Assembly (NCBI GenBank): GCA_038150265.1
Contig: JAYOTF010000051.1
Span: 1-16,411 of the forward strand
DNA length: 16,411 nt
DNA from: Deltaproteobacteria bacterium
GTDB lineage: Bacteria > SAR324 > NAC60-12
Reading direction: 5' to 3'
Numbering within the stretch: the stretch's first letter is position 1; every line of letters begins with the position of its first letter. A model generated the notes under the pieces. It was given only the letters and a program-made list of their open reading frames with translations. It was not told where the DNA came from and did not search any database. Both the position numbers and the translations under genes were made by a program. Below are positions 15,653-16,411 of the stretch, piece by piece.

Positions 15653-16150
15653 ATGACTTTCCGCTACAGCATCCTCCTGCTCCTCGCCCTTGCTCTCTCC
15701 GGATGTGCTCAGCACCACAGCAGCTCGGTCGCTTCTGGACACACTCCCGGGAGGACGCATGCCTCCATGGCCGCTCCTGATGATCCTCGTGAGTGGGTCA
15801 CGTTTCCGGAGCCCCTCAAGGCTCACACCCTTGCCAACATGCGAGACCACCTGGCCGCACTGGGGGAAATCCAGCAGCACCTCGCCGCCTCTCGCTTCAC
15901 TCAAGCTGCTGAAGTGGCCGAACAGCGGTTGGGCATGTCGTCCATGGACGACCACGGGGCCCATGACGTCGCCGGGTTCATGCCTGCCGGAATGCAGTCC
16001 CTTGGAACCCAGCTCCACCAAAAGTCCAGCCAACTGGCGTTAGCCCTTCAGGACCTTGAGGTGACTCAGGATTACCCCGGAGCCTTCCAGGCCATGGCCG
16101 AGGTGACGCAAACCTGTGTGGCCTGCCACTCCAGCTACCGCCTCCAGTAA
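15653..16150 (+). CDS. Lipoprotein c-type cytochrome, class II (cytochrome c'-like four-helix bundle)
   Basis: Lipobox LSGC after a hydrophobic stretch, helical body with LANMRDHL, and C-terminal heme motif CVACHSSYR. Confidence 0.88.
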   Translation: MTFRYSILLLLALALSGCAQHHSSSVASGHTPGRTHASMAAPDDPREWVTFPEPLKAHTLANMRDHLAALGEIQQHLAASRFTQAAEVAEQRLGMSSMDDHGAHDVAGFMPAGMQSLGTQLHQKSSQLALALQDLEVTQDYPGAFQAMAEVTQTCVACHSSYRLQ

Positions 16151-16411
16151 TCCGGACGCGCCCTCCGTCGGTGTCACGGCCCTGGGCGCCGGCTTGAATC
16201 AGCCCGCTTCTCCCGTCTACGGCGCTTGCCTTCTCGTTATCGGTACGGCGGCGCAAACTGCAGCCCCCCTTGGCTCCACAGCGCATTTTCTCCTCGGCTC
16301 AGGTTCAAGACTGTCGATGGACCAAAGTGGCGATTAAACACTTCCCCATAATTTCCAACTTCCTTGATAACCTGATACGCCCAACCTGTCGCCAAGCCCA
16401 GATTCCCTCCC

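Noticed and set aside
15271..15780. ORFs in the kinase-cytochrome intergenic region (15271..15780, 15373..15654, 15380..15580)
   Set aside because: No motifs, they span promoter-like AT-rich DNA, and some overlap the cytochrome gene.
16151..16411. Short ORFs 15978..16286 (-) and 16116..16337 (+) and the terminal region
   Set aside because: No recognisable coding or RNA features; probably intergenic DNA upstream of a gene outside the window.

Overview
GC-rich bacterial chromosomal window from an LPS-producing diderm (lpxA present); a deltaproteobacteria-like lineage such as SAR324 is plausible but cannot be proven here. From 5' to 3': a 5'-truncated orphan amino-methyltransferase with an R/D/E hexapeptide-repeat N-terminus that the ORF track misses; a TerB-like domain fused to a nitrilase-fold domain lacking the catalytic triad; lpxA; a hypothetical protein with a 51-aa internal duplication; and pheS with no pheT. 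A convergent minus-strand unit follows, with a small Cys/Pro-rich exported peptide and two c-type cytochromes behind a sigma70 promoter containing a CsoR/RcnR-type operator. Next come an SHMT-fold PLP enzyme (alpha-methylserine aldolase-like), a DapA-family aldolase, a TRAP transporter (dctPQM), an orphan 4-PAS histidine kinase and a class II cytochrome c lipoprotein. No rRNA, tRNA, CRISPR array or mobile element was seen. The best leads are the putative metal-responsive leader-peptide/cytochrome operon, the TerB-pseudo-nitrilase fusion, window-wide enrichment of the palindrome TCCGGA, the novel repeat protein, and twin hairpins sharing one loop sequence. All family assignments come from motif recognition, not database searches.
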